Part shown: positions 30,768 through 40,828 of the stretch, piece by piece | Layout of the letters: each line of letters starts with the position of its first letter | How positions within the stretch are numbered: position 1 is the first letter of the stretch | NCBI GenBank assembly: GCA_965219415.1 | Contig: CBDCNP010000002.1 | Span: forward strand, 4,960,001 to 5,024,000 | From: Candidatus Marinacidobacterales bacterium | Lineage (GTDB): Bacteria > Acidobacteriota > Vicinamibacteria > Marinacidobacterales > DATDRI01 | Reading direction: 5' to 3' | Length of the DNA stretch: 64,000 bases | Program-made: the position numbers and the translations under genes | The notes under the pieces: generated by a model | What the model was told of the DNA's origin: nothing | Seen by the model: only the letters and a program-made list of their open reading frames with translations | Databases searched by the model: none

Positions 30768-32764
30768 AGTTCCACAAGCTGACCATCGAGAACTATAAGT
30801 CCTTCCAGTTCCCGACAGAAATCGTTTTCCCGGTTGGAGAGGACGGCTGCAGCATTTTCCTCATCGGCGGCATGAACGGGGCAGGCAAGACCTCGATCAT
30901 GGAGGCCGTGACTTTCTGTCTATATGGTGGCAAGGTCGAGGACATTTACCGCAATATCAACCGGCGGGAAAAGGCAAAAGGCAATGCCAATGTAGCCTTC
31001 GAGCTGGTAATAAAGATGGACGACGGTTCGGAGCTGGTCGTCAAACGTTCGTGGACGGCCGGCGCAGTCAGCGAACCCAAGCCGCGCGACCTGACTGAAC
31101 GGCTGGTGGTAGTTCGCGACGGCAAGCGGGTGTCGGTGCAGACTCAGGAGATATGGCAGGACTTCATTCGCGCAGTAATTCCTAGGGGGATCACGCAATT
31201 TTTCTTCTTCGACGGCGAGAAGATTCAAGAAATCGCGGCCGATGACCATTCTGAAGTGCGCTTGAAGTCGTCGCTGGACGCGGCGCTGGGCATCCAGTTC
31301 ATTAACCGGCTGGCGAGCGACATCGCCTACATCAAACAGGAGGAGCGCAAGGGATTCGTCGAGATCTCAGACGAGGACCTGGAGTTCAAGCAGAGCGAAC
31401 TGAAGCGCGAGGAAAGCAAGCTGGCGCGCAAGCATCAAGAGCGCGACGGGTTAAGGGCAGAGCTAGACGGGTTCAAGGCACAGTTGGAAGAGGCGAAGAA
31501 GCGCTTTGAGGCGACCTTTCACGCCGCGCCGGAGTCGCGCGAGGCGATGCGCGAGCAGGAGAAAAAGCGAGTCTTGGCGGCCAATCGGCAAGCGCAGGTG
31601 GAGAGCGAAGCTCGTGCCCTGAGCGAAAAAGTGCTGCCCTTCACCATCGCGGGCAAACTATTCGACGGTATCCGGCGGCAGATCGAGATCGAACGCGAAT
31701 CGGCCAGCGGCGAGGCAATAAGGGAAAACGCCGCGTCATTGGCGAAACGCATCGTACGAGTGGTCGAGGAACCAGAGCCGATCTATACCGAAAAGCTTTC
31801 CGCAGAACGGATGGCGGAACTTGAACGGCGAATCTTTCGACTCCTGAAAGAAGGTGACCCCAAGGCTAGCGTGGATAAGGTGCTGGACCTTTCGGACCGG
31901 GACGCGGCACGGGTATTGAACGGGATGGAGTCGCTGGAAAACAGCGATGTGTTCCTGCTCAAGCCGTTACTGGAAGAGGCGCACAGCTTGGAGGCGCAGA
32001 TACGCCAGCTCGAAGGTGTTGGCCAAGGTGGCGCGCTGACGCTGACAGAGCGCCACCTGTTCGACGAGCTACAAGCAGAGATGGAAAGCTTCTCGACGCA
32101 AATCGGGCGAAAGACCGAACAGTTGCGGCTCGTGGAGGAAGGCATCCTGGCGCTGGAAGAGCGCATTAGTGACATCGAGATGGAGATCGAAAAGCTTTAC
32201 GAGAAGCACAACGTTTCGAAGGAGAAAACGGACCTCATCGAGGAGTGCGATTCCATAGCCAGCGTGCTGAATCAGTTTATTGTCCGACTGCGTAAGAACA
32301 AGGTGCAATTGCTCCAGGAGAAGACGTTCGAGATGTACCGCTTGCTCTCCAGCCGAAGTGGACTCATCAAAGACATCACTATCGATGAAAAGACCTACGA
32401 GGTGCACGTCATCGACCGCAACGGCCATAAAATGCGAAAGTCTGGATTGTCGGCCGGTGAGAAGGAAGTATTTGCGGTGTCGCTGTTGTGGGGACTTGCT
32501 CAGACCAGTGAATTGAAGCTGCCGATCATTATCGACACACCACTATCTCGCCTGGACAGCACGCACCGCGACAACATTGTGGACAATTACTTTCCTAACG
32601 CGGGCGACCAGGTGATCATTCTTTCGACCGATACGGAAATCGACGCCAACTACTACCGAGCCCTGAAGCCTCGCCTCAGCGGTGCGGGGAGTCTGGAGTT
32701 TGACCAACGCCAGGAGCTAACGACCTTTCGGCCGGGTTATTTCTGGGAGAGGAACCATGGCTGA
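30764..32764 (+). CDS. dndD: DndD-type SMC/ABC ATPase
   Basis: GGMNGAGKTS, FFFFDGEKI, long coiled coil, LSAGEKE, IIDTPLSRLDSTHR, ILSTDTEI. Confidence 0.85.
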   Translation: MKFHKLTIENYKSFQFPTEIVFPVGEDGCSIFLIGGMNGAGKTSIMEAVTFCLYGGKVEDIYRNINRREKAKGNANVAFELVIKMDDGSELVVKRSWTAGAVSEPKPRDLTERLVVVRDGKRVSVQTQEIWQDFIRAVIPRGITQFFFFDGEKIQEIAADDHSEVRLKSSLDAALGIQFINRLASDIAYIKQEERKGFVEISDEDLEFKQSELKREESKLARKHQERDGLRAELDGFKAQLEEAKKRFEATFHAAPESREAMREQEKKRVLAANRQAQVESEARALSEKVLPFTIAGKLFDGIRRQIEIERESASGEAIRENAASLAKRIVRVVEEPEPIYTEKLSAERMAELERRIFRLLKEGDPKASVDKVLDLSDRDAARVLNGMESLENSDVFLLKPLLEEAHSLEAQIRQLEGVGQGGALTLTERHLFDELQAEMESFSTQIGRKTEQLRLVEEGILALEERISDIEMEIEKLYEKHNVSKEKTDLIEECDSIASVLNQFIVRLRKNKVQLLQEKTFEMYRLLSSRSGLIKDITIDEKTYEVHVIDRNGHKMRKSGLSAGEKEVFAVSLLWGLAQTSELKLPIIIDTPLSRLDSTHRDNIVDNYFPNAGDQVIILSTDTEIDANYYRALKPRLSGAGSLEFDQRQELTTFRPGYFWERNHG

Positions 32765-34286
32765 CCGGCTCTACACATCGAGCGAAGCCGATGAAGTGCT
32801 AAGTGCTCTGCGCTTCGAGACCAAGCTGGAAAAAGCAACGCTCGCGCGAATTGCCTTCACTCTTTCCCTAGTCAAGGAGGGAGCCACAGTTGCGCGCAGT
32901 CCGAGCTTCAGTGGCGGCGAGATGAAGCGGCCGACCTTCGTCGGAGAGAATGAAGTGTTTCTACGGACGCTGATCGCGCATGTATATGGCAAGCGAGAAT
33001 TTAGTGAGGATGAGTTCTTCTCCAATCGCTCCATGGTGAAAAACCATATCGACAGCGGCGCCGCTCTGCTGGCGCAGATGTTCCAGGAAAGCGGTCGTAG
33101 CGGTGACGCACTGATCTTGCGACTGGTAGACGAGGTGGAGTTTGCCGGACGGCGCGAGCAACTCGGCAGCGGGCTGGATATTTTCATTGGCCGGACCCTG
33201 TTGCACCGGAACGAGCTGGTCATGAAACTGAATAACACGGCCAAGCACGCCAATTCGAATTTAGCCATCATGGGCAAGCCCGGCGTCGGCAAGACACAGT
33301 TTCTACTAAAGATACTGACCGACATCCGCGTCCAGTCGAATTTCCAAACGAACTTCATCTATTTCGACTACAAGGGCGATGTCGTTGAGAACGCACGTTT
33401 TCTGGAGCTGGCGCGCGTGCAACCATTTCGACTATTGCAAAGTGGGCAAAGCCTGCCGATCAATCCTTTTATCTTGCCAGCATATGACGAGCCGACGATC
33501 AACGTATCGGCGCGCGAGAAAGCAGAGAGTTTTGCGTCGATCAACAGCAAGCTTGGGATAGTGCAAAAAGGGGCGCTGACCGAGGCGATTCGCGCGGCTT
33601 ACGCCAAAAGGGCCGGGTCGGTCGAGCCTTATCCAGACTTTCCGGACATCCTAGAGATAGCTGTTGCGGCTTACGAAGAAGACGGAAAGAAGGACGACAG
33701 TCTGATCGAAGTACTACGCGATCTAGCCGATTTCGAGCTGTTCTGGCGCCATGGCAGCGAAGGCACCCCAATGGACCGTGTGTCTACCCGCTCCATGCTG
33801 ATTGATGTACATGCGATGCCTGTTCTGAAGGAGCTAGTAGCCTACCTAGTCATCGAGCGACTTTACAAGGAGATGGCGACTCTTCCCGATAGCCCGGTGA
33901 CTGAGGGGAGGCGGACAATTCGAACTATTCTTGTCATCGACGAAGCTCACAACTATCTCGGCCAGAAGAACATCTTCCTACAGCGCATCATCCGCGAGGG
34001 GCGGTCGAAAGGCGTTGTAGTATTCTTCGCAAGTCAGTCACCTAACGATTACCAGCAGAAGTTCTTCAACTTCCAAGAGCTGCTCGAGTTCGCTTTTATC
34101 TTCCAGTGTGACGGAGTAGCCGCCGGTTCAGTGCAGGACATTCTAGGCTGCGGCACCAAGACGGCAAAAGATCTTCAGACTGAGATCGCACGACTCGAAC
34201 CGTGGCAGGTTGTTGCTCGCAGTCAAGAGAAGACCGAGGAGTTTGTGAAGTTCACTGCTGAAGCCTTCTACAAGAGCTATTCGTAG
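32757..34286 (+). CDS. DndE-like domain fused to a HerA/FtsK-type P-loop ATPase
   Basis: N-terminal ~125 aa with LARIAFTLSL and HIDSG; then GKPGVGKT, FDYKGD, PINPF, LVIDEAH, REGRSKG, ASQSP. Confidence 0.7.
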   Translation: MADRLYTSSEADEVLSALRFETKLEKATLARIAFTLSLVKEGATVARSPSFSGGEMKRPTFVGENEVFLRTLIAHVYGKREFSEDEFFSNRSMVKNHIDSGAALLAQMFQESGRSGDALILRLVDEVEFAGRREQLGSGLDIFIGRTLLHRNELVMKLNNTAKHANSNLAIMGKPGVGKTQFLLKILTDIRVQSNFQTNFIYFDYKGDVVENARFLELARVQPFRLLQSGQSLPINPFILPAYDEPTINVSAREKAESFASINSKLGIVQKGALTEAIRAAYAKRAGSVEPYPDFPDILEIAVAAYEEDGKKDDSLIEVLRDLADFELFWRHGSEGTPMDRVSTRSMLIDVHAMPVLKELVAYLVIERLYKEMATLPDSPVTEGRRTIRTILVIDEAHNYLGQKNIFLQRIIREGRSKGVVVFFASQSPNDYQQKFFNFQELLEFAFIFQCDGVAAGSVQDILGCGTKTAKDLQTEIARLEPWQVVARSQEKTEEFVKFTAEAFYKSYS

Positions 34287-34560
34287 TCAGGGTCGCGCGT
34301 GGTTCCTTGAAATCATCCGCACGGACTGTCCGCAGGTACTCGATAACCGGTGGACGGAGGTCTTTCCACCGAGCAGGGCGGCCCTGCCACAGACTGCAGC
34401 GGCGACACTCCTCAGGCAGATAACATCCTGCGGAAGGTCCTCGTACCCGTCCTGTCCAAAAACACAAACGAACTCAAGATTGGCGCGCCGGGCCGTTTCG
34501 ATCGTCATCGACCCGTGGCGAGCCCCAGATATGGGGCGTGTCGGAGGCGATGTCGGCGAT

Positions 34561-34932
34561 TCGGGTTCTCCGTACGCGCAGGGAAAACAACGTCCAGCAA
34601 GGGGATGCCACGCTCCCGGGTGGAGACCTGGATCCAGGCCCCGGGCCGCAACCTGGACCAGAACGTGCTAGCCGGCTACGCCACGGTAGTCCTGGCCTCG
34701 ATTCTGGACCCCTCGGGTGGCCTCTCTTCCGACGCTGCACGGCCCGGTCAGTGCCCGTTCTCCTACTGGGCGCAAACGTGGCACTCGAAAATCGCGATTA
34801 GAGACGAATCCCAAAAATGAGGCCCGTTCCGCCCTTCTAGCGCGTCTCTGGTGCCACCTACCCCTGCAAAACCCCGCCAACCGCGCGGAAAATCTCATCC
34901 GTCTCTGCAGTGCCACAATTGGCCAGACTGTG
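34561..34932 (+). repeat. Arm repeat R4, abutting the tRNA-Ser 3' end (island boundary)
   Basis: Reference copy for R1-R3. Confidence 0.85.
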
Positions 34933-35018
34933 TGGCGGAGGGAGAGGGATTCGAACCCCCGGACCTCTCGGTCTGCGGTTTTCAAGACCGCCGCCTTAAA
35001 CCGCTCGGCCATCCCTCC
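34933..35018 (-). tRNA. tRNA-Ser(TGA)
   Basis: GGAGGGATGGCCGAGCGGTTTAAGGCGGCGGTCTTGAAAACCGC...GGTTCGAATCCCTCTCCCTCCGCCA; long variable arm; encoded CCA. Confidence 0.97.
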
Positions 35019-35424
35019 GCAATAACTTACAGGTGTCCTTGACTCTGCGTTGCAAAGTCTACAGGTCCTTAGTAGGCAAACTCAACCAGCAAAGACTTGC
35101 AAAGTCTTCCATCCCGCGCATCCCCGCGCCGATCCACGATCCTCCGCCTGCTATCAGATCGATCAGATCGGCGAAATGTTGACCGATTCTACGGGTCCCG
35201 ATAAAGCCCGCAACATGCCGACTTCTACCGTGCCGCACCTCACTTTCGAGGCGAGCGAATCCGCAGTGCAGATGCGGGCTTTCACCGGATGTTGCGGCTT
35301 CGAGTCAGCCTAGCAGGGCCTAGATGGATCAGAGGCCGGGAGATGCGCGGATAAATCGGTAGCCCAGGACCAAGATGACCGTTGCCCACAGTTGACATGG
35401 GTCTACCTTACAGGTCAATGATGG

Positions 35425-36825
35425 GAGTTATAACCAGAAGTTGTGGATCGCCTGAATGAGAAAGGCGGCGTATCCTTCCATGTAAGACAAAGGCCAAACC
35501 GGTTTTAGCGAACCGGAGGAAGGAAACGCCACCGATGCTGAGGATACAAGATCCACCGAAGGAAACGAAACATGAGGAAGTCGGGACTGCGCTCGATGAG
35601 CTGGCTCGTGAGGGGGCGCGTCGAATGTTGATGACGGCGCTGGAGGAGGAAGTCGGAGACTACATCGAAAGCCACTCTCCGGAACGAGACGAGAACGGAC
35701 ACGCGAGCGTAGTCCGCAACGGTCGAGCTCGAGCCCGCAAAGTGACGATGGGCTGCGGAACGATGGAAGTCGAGGCGCCGCGAGTCAACGACAAGCGGGT
35801 GATCGATGGAGAACGTCAGCGCTTCACGAGCAGCATCTTACCTCCGTATATGCGTCGCTCCCCGAAGGTGAGTGAGGTTTTGCCGTTGCTGTACTTGCGC
35901 GGATTGTCGACGAACGATTTCGGGCCTGCGCTGAAGGAGCTGCTGGGCGAGGAGGCTTCGGGGCTTTCGTCGACGGCGATCACGAGGCTGACGGCGAAAT
36001 GGCAGTCGGAGTACGAAGAGTTTCGGAAACGAGACTTGAGCCGCGAGGATTACGCGTACATCTGGGTCGACGGCGTTCACTTCAATGTTCGTCTCGAAGA
36101 CGACAGGCTTTGCACCCTTGTCGTTCTTGGTGTTCGGGCGGATGGGACGAAGGAGCTGCTCGCGGTGGAGGACGGTTATCGAGAGAGCGAGGAGAGCTGG
36201 GCGTACGTGCTGAGGGAACTAGATCGCCGCGGGATGAAACCTCCTCTTCTCGCCATCGGAGACGGCGCCTTGGGATTCTGGGCTGCGGTTCGAAACGTAT
36301 GGCCGGAAACCCGTCACCAGTTGTGCTGCGTTCACAAGACAAAAAACGTCCTCGACAAGCTACCGAGGCGTCTTCATGGCCGTGTGAAGGGTGCCCTGAA
36401 CGAGATCGTCAAGGCTGAGACCAGGGAGCAGGCGGAAGAAGCTCTTGAGCGGTTCGAATCGGACTACGGGGCCAAGTACCCCAAGGCTGTCGCATCCCTG
36501 ACCAAGCACCAGGACAAACTCCTGACGTTCTACGATTTCCCCGCCGAGCACTGGGAGCACATCCGAACCGCCAACCCCATCGAGTCGGCGTTCGCCACGG
36601 TGCGACTCCGGCAGAGAGTTACCAAGGGAGCAGGCTCCCGTTCGAAAACCCTCCTCATGGCCTACAAGTTACTCGACATGGCGAGCCAACGATGGCGCCG
36701 GGTGAACGCCCCCGCACTTGTCGCTCGGATACTTGAGGGAGAGAAGTTCGTCGACGGATTAAACGAAGAAGCGAGGAACGCCGCTTGACTCAGAAAGTTG
36801 ATCCACAACTCTTGACAATATCTCC
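35425..36825 (+). mobile_element. IS256-family element (transposase 35535-36788)
   Basis: RNG, YLRGLST.DF, YIWVDG, IGDGALGFW, RTANPIES; inverted ends sharing AGTTGTGGATC; near-duplication AATGATGG/AATTATGG. Confidence 0.9.
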
Positions 36826-36888
36826 AATTATGGTCGGTGAGATCACTACCCCAAAAATGGCAAATCACACGAAGAGAGGCGGATAACT

Positions 36889-37254
36889 TTGTTCACGTGC
36901 GTTATTCGATATGAGGTTGATCCCAATAAACTGAACGAATTTAGAGAGTATGCTGAGGCTTGGATAGAGCTAATAGAAAAGTATGGTGGTAAGCACCACG
37001 GCTACTTTCTTCCTCCGAACGAGGCAGAAAGGAAATCCCTGCCTGACCCAACACTTAGTTTCCCAGGCTTAGGAGTCAAAGGACCGTCGAATATGGGGTT
37101 CGCATTGTTTAGTTTTGAAAGTGTAGAAAAATATGAGGCATACAAGCGTGATGTCGCGGACGACGAGGGCTGCAAAATAGCCACTGCGAGGTTTGACGAA
37201 ACAAAGTGTTTTACGCGGTATGAAAGGAGCTTCACAATACCGGTACTTGTATGA
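36889..37254 (+). CDS. NIPSNAP-family protein
   Basis: TCVIRYEVDP...F..YA..W...I.KYGG.HHGYFLP...FESVEKYEAY; low GC. Confidence 0.8.
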   Translation: MFTCVIRYEVDPNKLNEFREYAEAWIELIEKYGGKHHGYFLPPNEAERKSLPDPTLSFPGLGVKGPSNMGFALFSFESVEKYEAYKRDVADDEGCKIATARFDETKCFTRYERSFTIPVLV

Positions 37255-37294
37255 CTTAATTAGCTCTAGAACCGGAAGGCACTGCCCTCTCGAC

Positions 37295-37371
37295 GAAAGT
37301 GTGCCAATCTTAGTTGGGAATTGAAACGGCTCCAAACCCCGTGGTTTGATGGCGTTGGACAAAACAAAATC
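37295..37371 (+). mobile_element. Isolated left end of the IS256 found at 42271-43706
   Basis: Inverted near-identical copy of ~43629-43706. Confidence 0.85.
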
Positions 37372-38755
37372 GGGTCTACGCGGGTTCGTGTGGGTTGAAA
37401 ACTGCATTTCTGGGTAATGGCGGAAGGAAAGTCGCCACGATCTTCAGCTTGAGATATTCCTCGTCGCGATAGCCGTAGGCGCGTCGTTGCAGAACACGGA
37501 TTTTGTTGTTGACCCCTTCAACTAGGCCGAGACTGACTTTGTTCTCCGGATGACAGTAGGAGGCGATACCATCCCAATGGGACTCAATCATACCGGCGAA
37601 CTTCTGGTACGGATGCAGGCGTTGCCATTTGAGGCTGTCTTTCCAACGAGTGAAAAAGGCGCGAGCGCCGCGTTCGGTGCGGTAATCCCAGAGTTGCCCG
37701 AAGGCCTCCTTCAAAATATAGGCGGTGTTCAGGCGCCGGTTGGCCTGGAGCAACTTTTTGAGTGCGCGGCGACCGTCTAGGCTCAGGTTCTCCCGCCGGG
37801 AAAGCAAAGTGTAACGCTGCCCCTTGATGTACGACCGGTCCTTGCCGCTGAGGCGTTTGTACTCACCGCGCCGGACCTCATCGAGGGCCTTTGACAGATG
37901 ACGCATGATATGAAACTTGTCGAAGATGATCCGCGCATTAGGCGCGTTGTGAATCACCGAGTTCCGGAAGGGCTTCCACATATCCATGGCGGCCAGCTTG
38001 ATACGGGCGCTTTTCTTTCCGCCCAGCGCCTTGAAGAACAAATCGATGTCGGTTTCTTTGCGACCCTCACCGCCCACCCAGATGGGACGCGCCCGCTCCA
38101 GGTCGCTGACAATGACGCGATAGTTATGTCCCTTGCGGATGGAGATCTCATCGACACCGATGGCCCGAGGCGCCGGTAGCCCCGCCCGGTCGACCTGCTC
38201 TTGCATGTAGAGCGTATCCAGAGCCTTCACCGTACCGTGGTGCAGACGTTCCATCTCGGCCACCGCCTTGTTCGGCATATCCCGGCACAGCTTGCCCACA
38301 TGCGTCGCAAAACGCTGGGTGTAGCGCGAGTTGTTCGCCAGCCAGTCTAGGTGTTCTACATGCACACCGCCGCACCCAGAACAGTTGACGCGCCAACGCT
38401 CGTATTCCAGATAGATCCGCCAGCCTGCCAACGACAGGTCGCGGACCCGGCACACTTGCTTGTCATAGCGCCCCCGGCACCGTTGCCCACAGTAAGAGCA
38501 CACAGCTGTTTTTTTCGCCTCTTGAGCTGGATGACGCGGGCGTATCGGTCACCGAATAGACCCTTCAATCCGGCACCAACCACGAAACCTGGCAGCGCAA
38601 ACAGCGAGCGGATCGACTGGGAATTTTTCACTCGGTTAGCCTATCCTAAAAATGGACCACTTTTCAGCACCTGATGAAGTACTCGATACCTTTTCCACAC
38701 AATGAGTTACACTGTTTTTCCGTCAGAACTTACCCACACGAATCCGCGTAAACCC
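37372..38755 (-). mobile_element. ISL3-family element, copy A (orfA 38356-38631, orfB 37376-38503)
   Basis: GGGTTTACGCGGATTCGTGTGGGT / GGGTCTACGCGG TIRs; IGVDE, AMDMW, FDKFH, EGVNNKIR, RAYGYR. Confidence 0.92.
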
Positions 38756-38985
38756 TCTTTTCTTGAACTTGATGTTAGGTCGAGCACGCGCAAGAACCGT
38801 GCCTCAGCTGGTGTTAGCTTCTGAGCATTGAGATGTTGTTTTGATTGAATGAGTTAAGGTGTATCAGCGGTGTGGGAACCGATGGGGGGTGATGGGAGAT
38901 CCCTACACTCCATGCGCACCACGTGTCACCGTCCAAGAGGGACCTGGACGGAGACGGTTACGGAAGACAAGTCAAAAGTTTTTCC

Positions 38986-39355
38986 TCATTCCTCGCCGAG
39001 GATCCGGAGGATCTCTGGACGATCCTTGGCAAGTAGATACACAGCACTCCGTAACCGGCTGACCGCGCTGTCCACTTGATCCATGCGCGTGGAAAGGGTG
39101 CGGTCGATATTGCCGATCCGTAAATCGAACGCGCTCGATATCCCCGCGGATGGCCGTCACGTCTTCCTTCGTCGCCATGCGTTCGCGAACGGCAGCAAGT
39201 TCTTCCTTCGTCGCCATGTGGTCTTCAACACGCCCAATCCGAGTCTCTATTCCGCCTAACCGGTTCTCGATCCCGCCGACCTTGTCGCGTATGCTTTCCA
39301 CGTTCGAGGCGAGGAAACGTAGAATATCCTCGCTATCCTCTCGTCCGTCAGTCAT
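38986..39355 (-). CDS. Small coiled-coil protein with MATKE repeats (frameshift near 39127)
   Basis: GGIENRLGGIETRIGRVEDHMATKEELAAVRERMATKED; second frame continues DLRIGNIDR...LAKDRPEILRILGEE*. Confidence 0.55.
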
Positions 39356-39460
39356 CCTGTATAGACCTCTCTTCCAAAGTATGTTGTCAAATTTTCGGCT
39401 CCACCGCCACCGCAGCGGAAGCGCCATCTCCATATAGAGACTTGTAACCATTTGTTTCAA

Positions 39461-40645
39461 TCAGTTGGATCGTTGAACGGCTTTCAATAGATGCTCTAAC
39501 CGTTCGGCTCGGTGCTCCCACGCAAAGCCATTCGCGTCGTGGAAAGATTTTTCAGCAATTCGAGTTGCCAACGAAAGGTCATCTACAACACGATTTATGC
39601 CGTCAGCGAGCGCGTCTGCATCTGACGGAGTCACAAGAACTGCATTACGCCCATCCTCAAGAACTTCACGCGTGGCCTGTAAGTCAGACGCAACAATTGG
39701 CTTTCCTGCAGCAAGATACTCAAATAGTTTGAGAGGCGAAGTATAGCGATCTGCAGATTCAGTCGACGTGGTCGGAAGGACCAACACATCAGCAGTCCCT
39801 AACCTCGTCTGTACATCAGCCACCGAAATCATCCCAACAAAGTCCACCCGATCACTAATGCCAAGAGACCGTGCTAAATCCTGCAGTCGGAGACGGTCCC
39901 CCTCTTCAGGATGGCCACCGACAATAACTGTTCGAACCTTTGGTATACGGGTAACGGCACGGAGTAATACCTCGACGCCCTTCCATGGATACAGATGTCC
40001 CGCGTAGAGGACGACCGGCGACTCAAGCCAACTCGGTGGTGTAAATCGCCTATTTGACGAAAGGCGAACACCGTTCGGGATAGTAATAACGTCATCTCTC
40101 CGACCAAAACGCGTCTCGAGCTCACTTGCGAGAGTTCGTGTCGTGGTCACATAACCATCCGCAAGCTTCCATACTCGCTCTTCACGCCTAAGAAGACGGT
40201 CCTTTTGGGTCGGCCTTGCACGGCGCCCCCCAGACACGAGTTCGTCCATTGTCTCGGCAAACACCGGAGCAAATCCGTGAGACTCAAACACAATTGGTGG
40301 ACGCAGCCACCGTGGCAGGTCCAAAAGTAAGGAAGCGACGCCAAGATCGCGAGTCAGAATTACGTCGGACCGATGGCATACCGAACGTTCGACAGCGAAC
40401 GCGAAATAGAGGGCCCGACGGACTGCCGGTGGACCGACAACACGTAGACGGTCAATGGTCAGTGTTGAAAGAGCTTTTAACCCGTAAAAGTTGAGCGGGT
40501 CCCGTGAGGGTCGTGCAGTATCCGAACGCACGCCCAGCAAGACTTGGTGCCCACGCGCGGCGAGAGCGTGACACGTTTCCATCGTTTGTACGCCATTGGC
40601 TCGCTCAAGTGGAAGTCGGATGTCCGAGAAATAGCGAATTCGCAC
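39461..40645 (-). CDS. Glycosyltransferase family 4
   Basis: IPNGV, YAGHL..WKGV, SPLKLFEYLAAGKPIVASD. Confidence 0.92.
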   Translation of the reverse strand: MRIRYFSDIRLPLERANGVQTMETCHALAARGHQVLLGVRSDTARPSRDPLNFYGLKALSTLTIDRLRVVGPPAVRRALYFAFAVERSVCHRSDVILTRDLGVASLLLDLPRWLRPPIVFESHGFAPVFAETMDELVSGGRRARPTQKDRLLRREERVWKLADGYVTTTRTLASELETRFGRRDDVITIPNGVRLSSNRRFTPPSWLESPVVLYAGHLYPWKGVEVLLRAVTRIPKVRTVIVGGHPEEGDRLRLQDLARSLGISDRVDFVGMISVADVQTRLGTADVLVLPTTSTESADRYTSPLKLFEYLAAGKPIVASDLQATREVLEDGRNAVLVTPSDADALADGINRVVDDLSLATRIAEKSFHDANGFAWEHRAERLEHLLKAVQRSN

Positions 40646-40828
40646 GTCAAGTCACTGGCTTCCGCTCGGTTTTGCGTTGATCATTTCGATGACACGAACA
40701 ACCCGTTCGGCCCTCTTAGAATCACCCGCCTGATGAATGCCATGATGGTGAGGATATCCTGAATCTAGTTGAAATCGGTGAGTAACTCCAATCAAGATTG
40801 TCGGTTGTCGAAGCTGGCGATCAAAAAG

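Noticed and set aside
30764-34286. Complete phosphorothioation system, or Wadjet/Lamassu
   Set aside because: No dndC/dndA in the window. The ATPase motifs are DndD-type, and there are no JetABD or Lamassu effector genes.
3205-34932. Classical integron (attC cassettes)
   Set aside because: No IntI gene. The repeats are ~300 bp, many kb apart, and lack an evident RYYYAAC...GTTRRRY attC structure.
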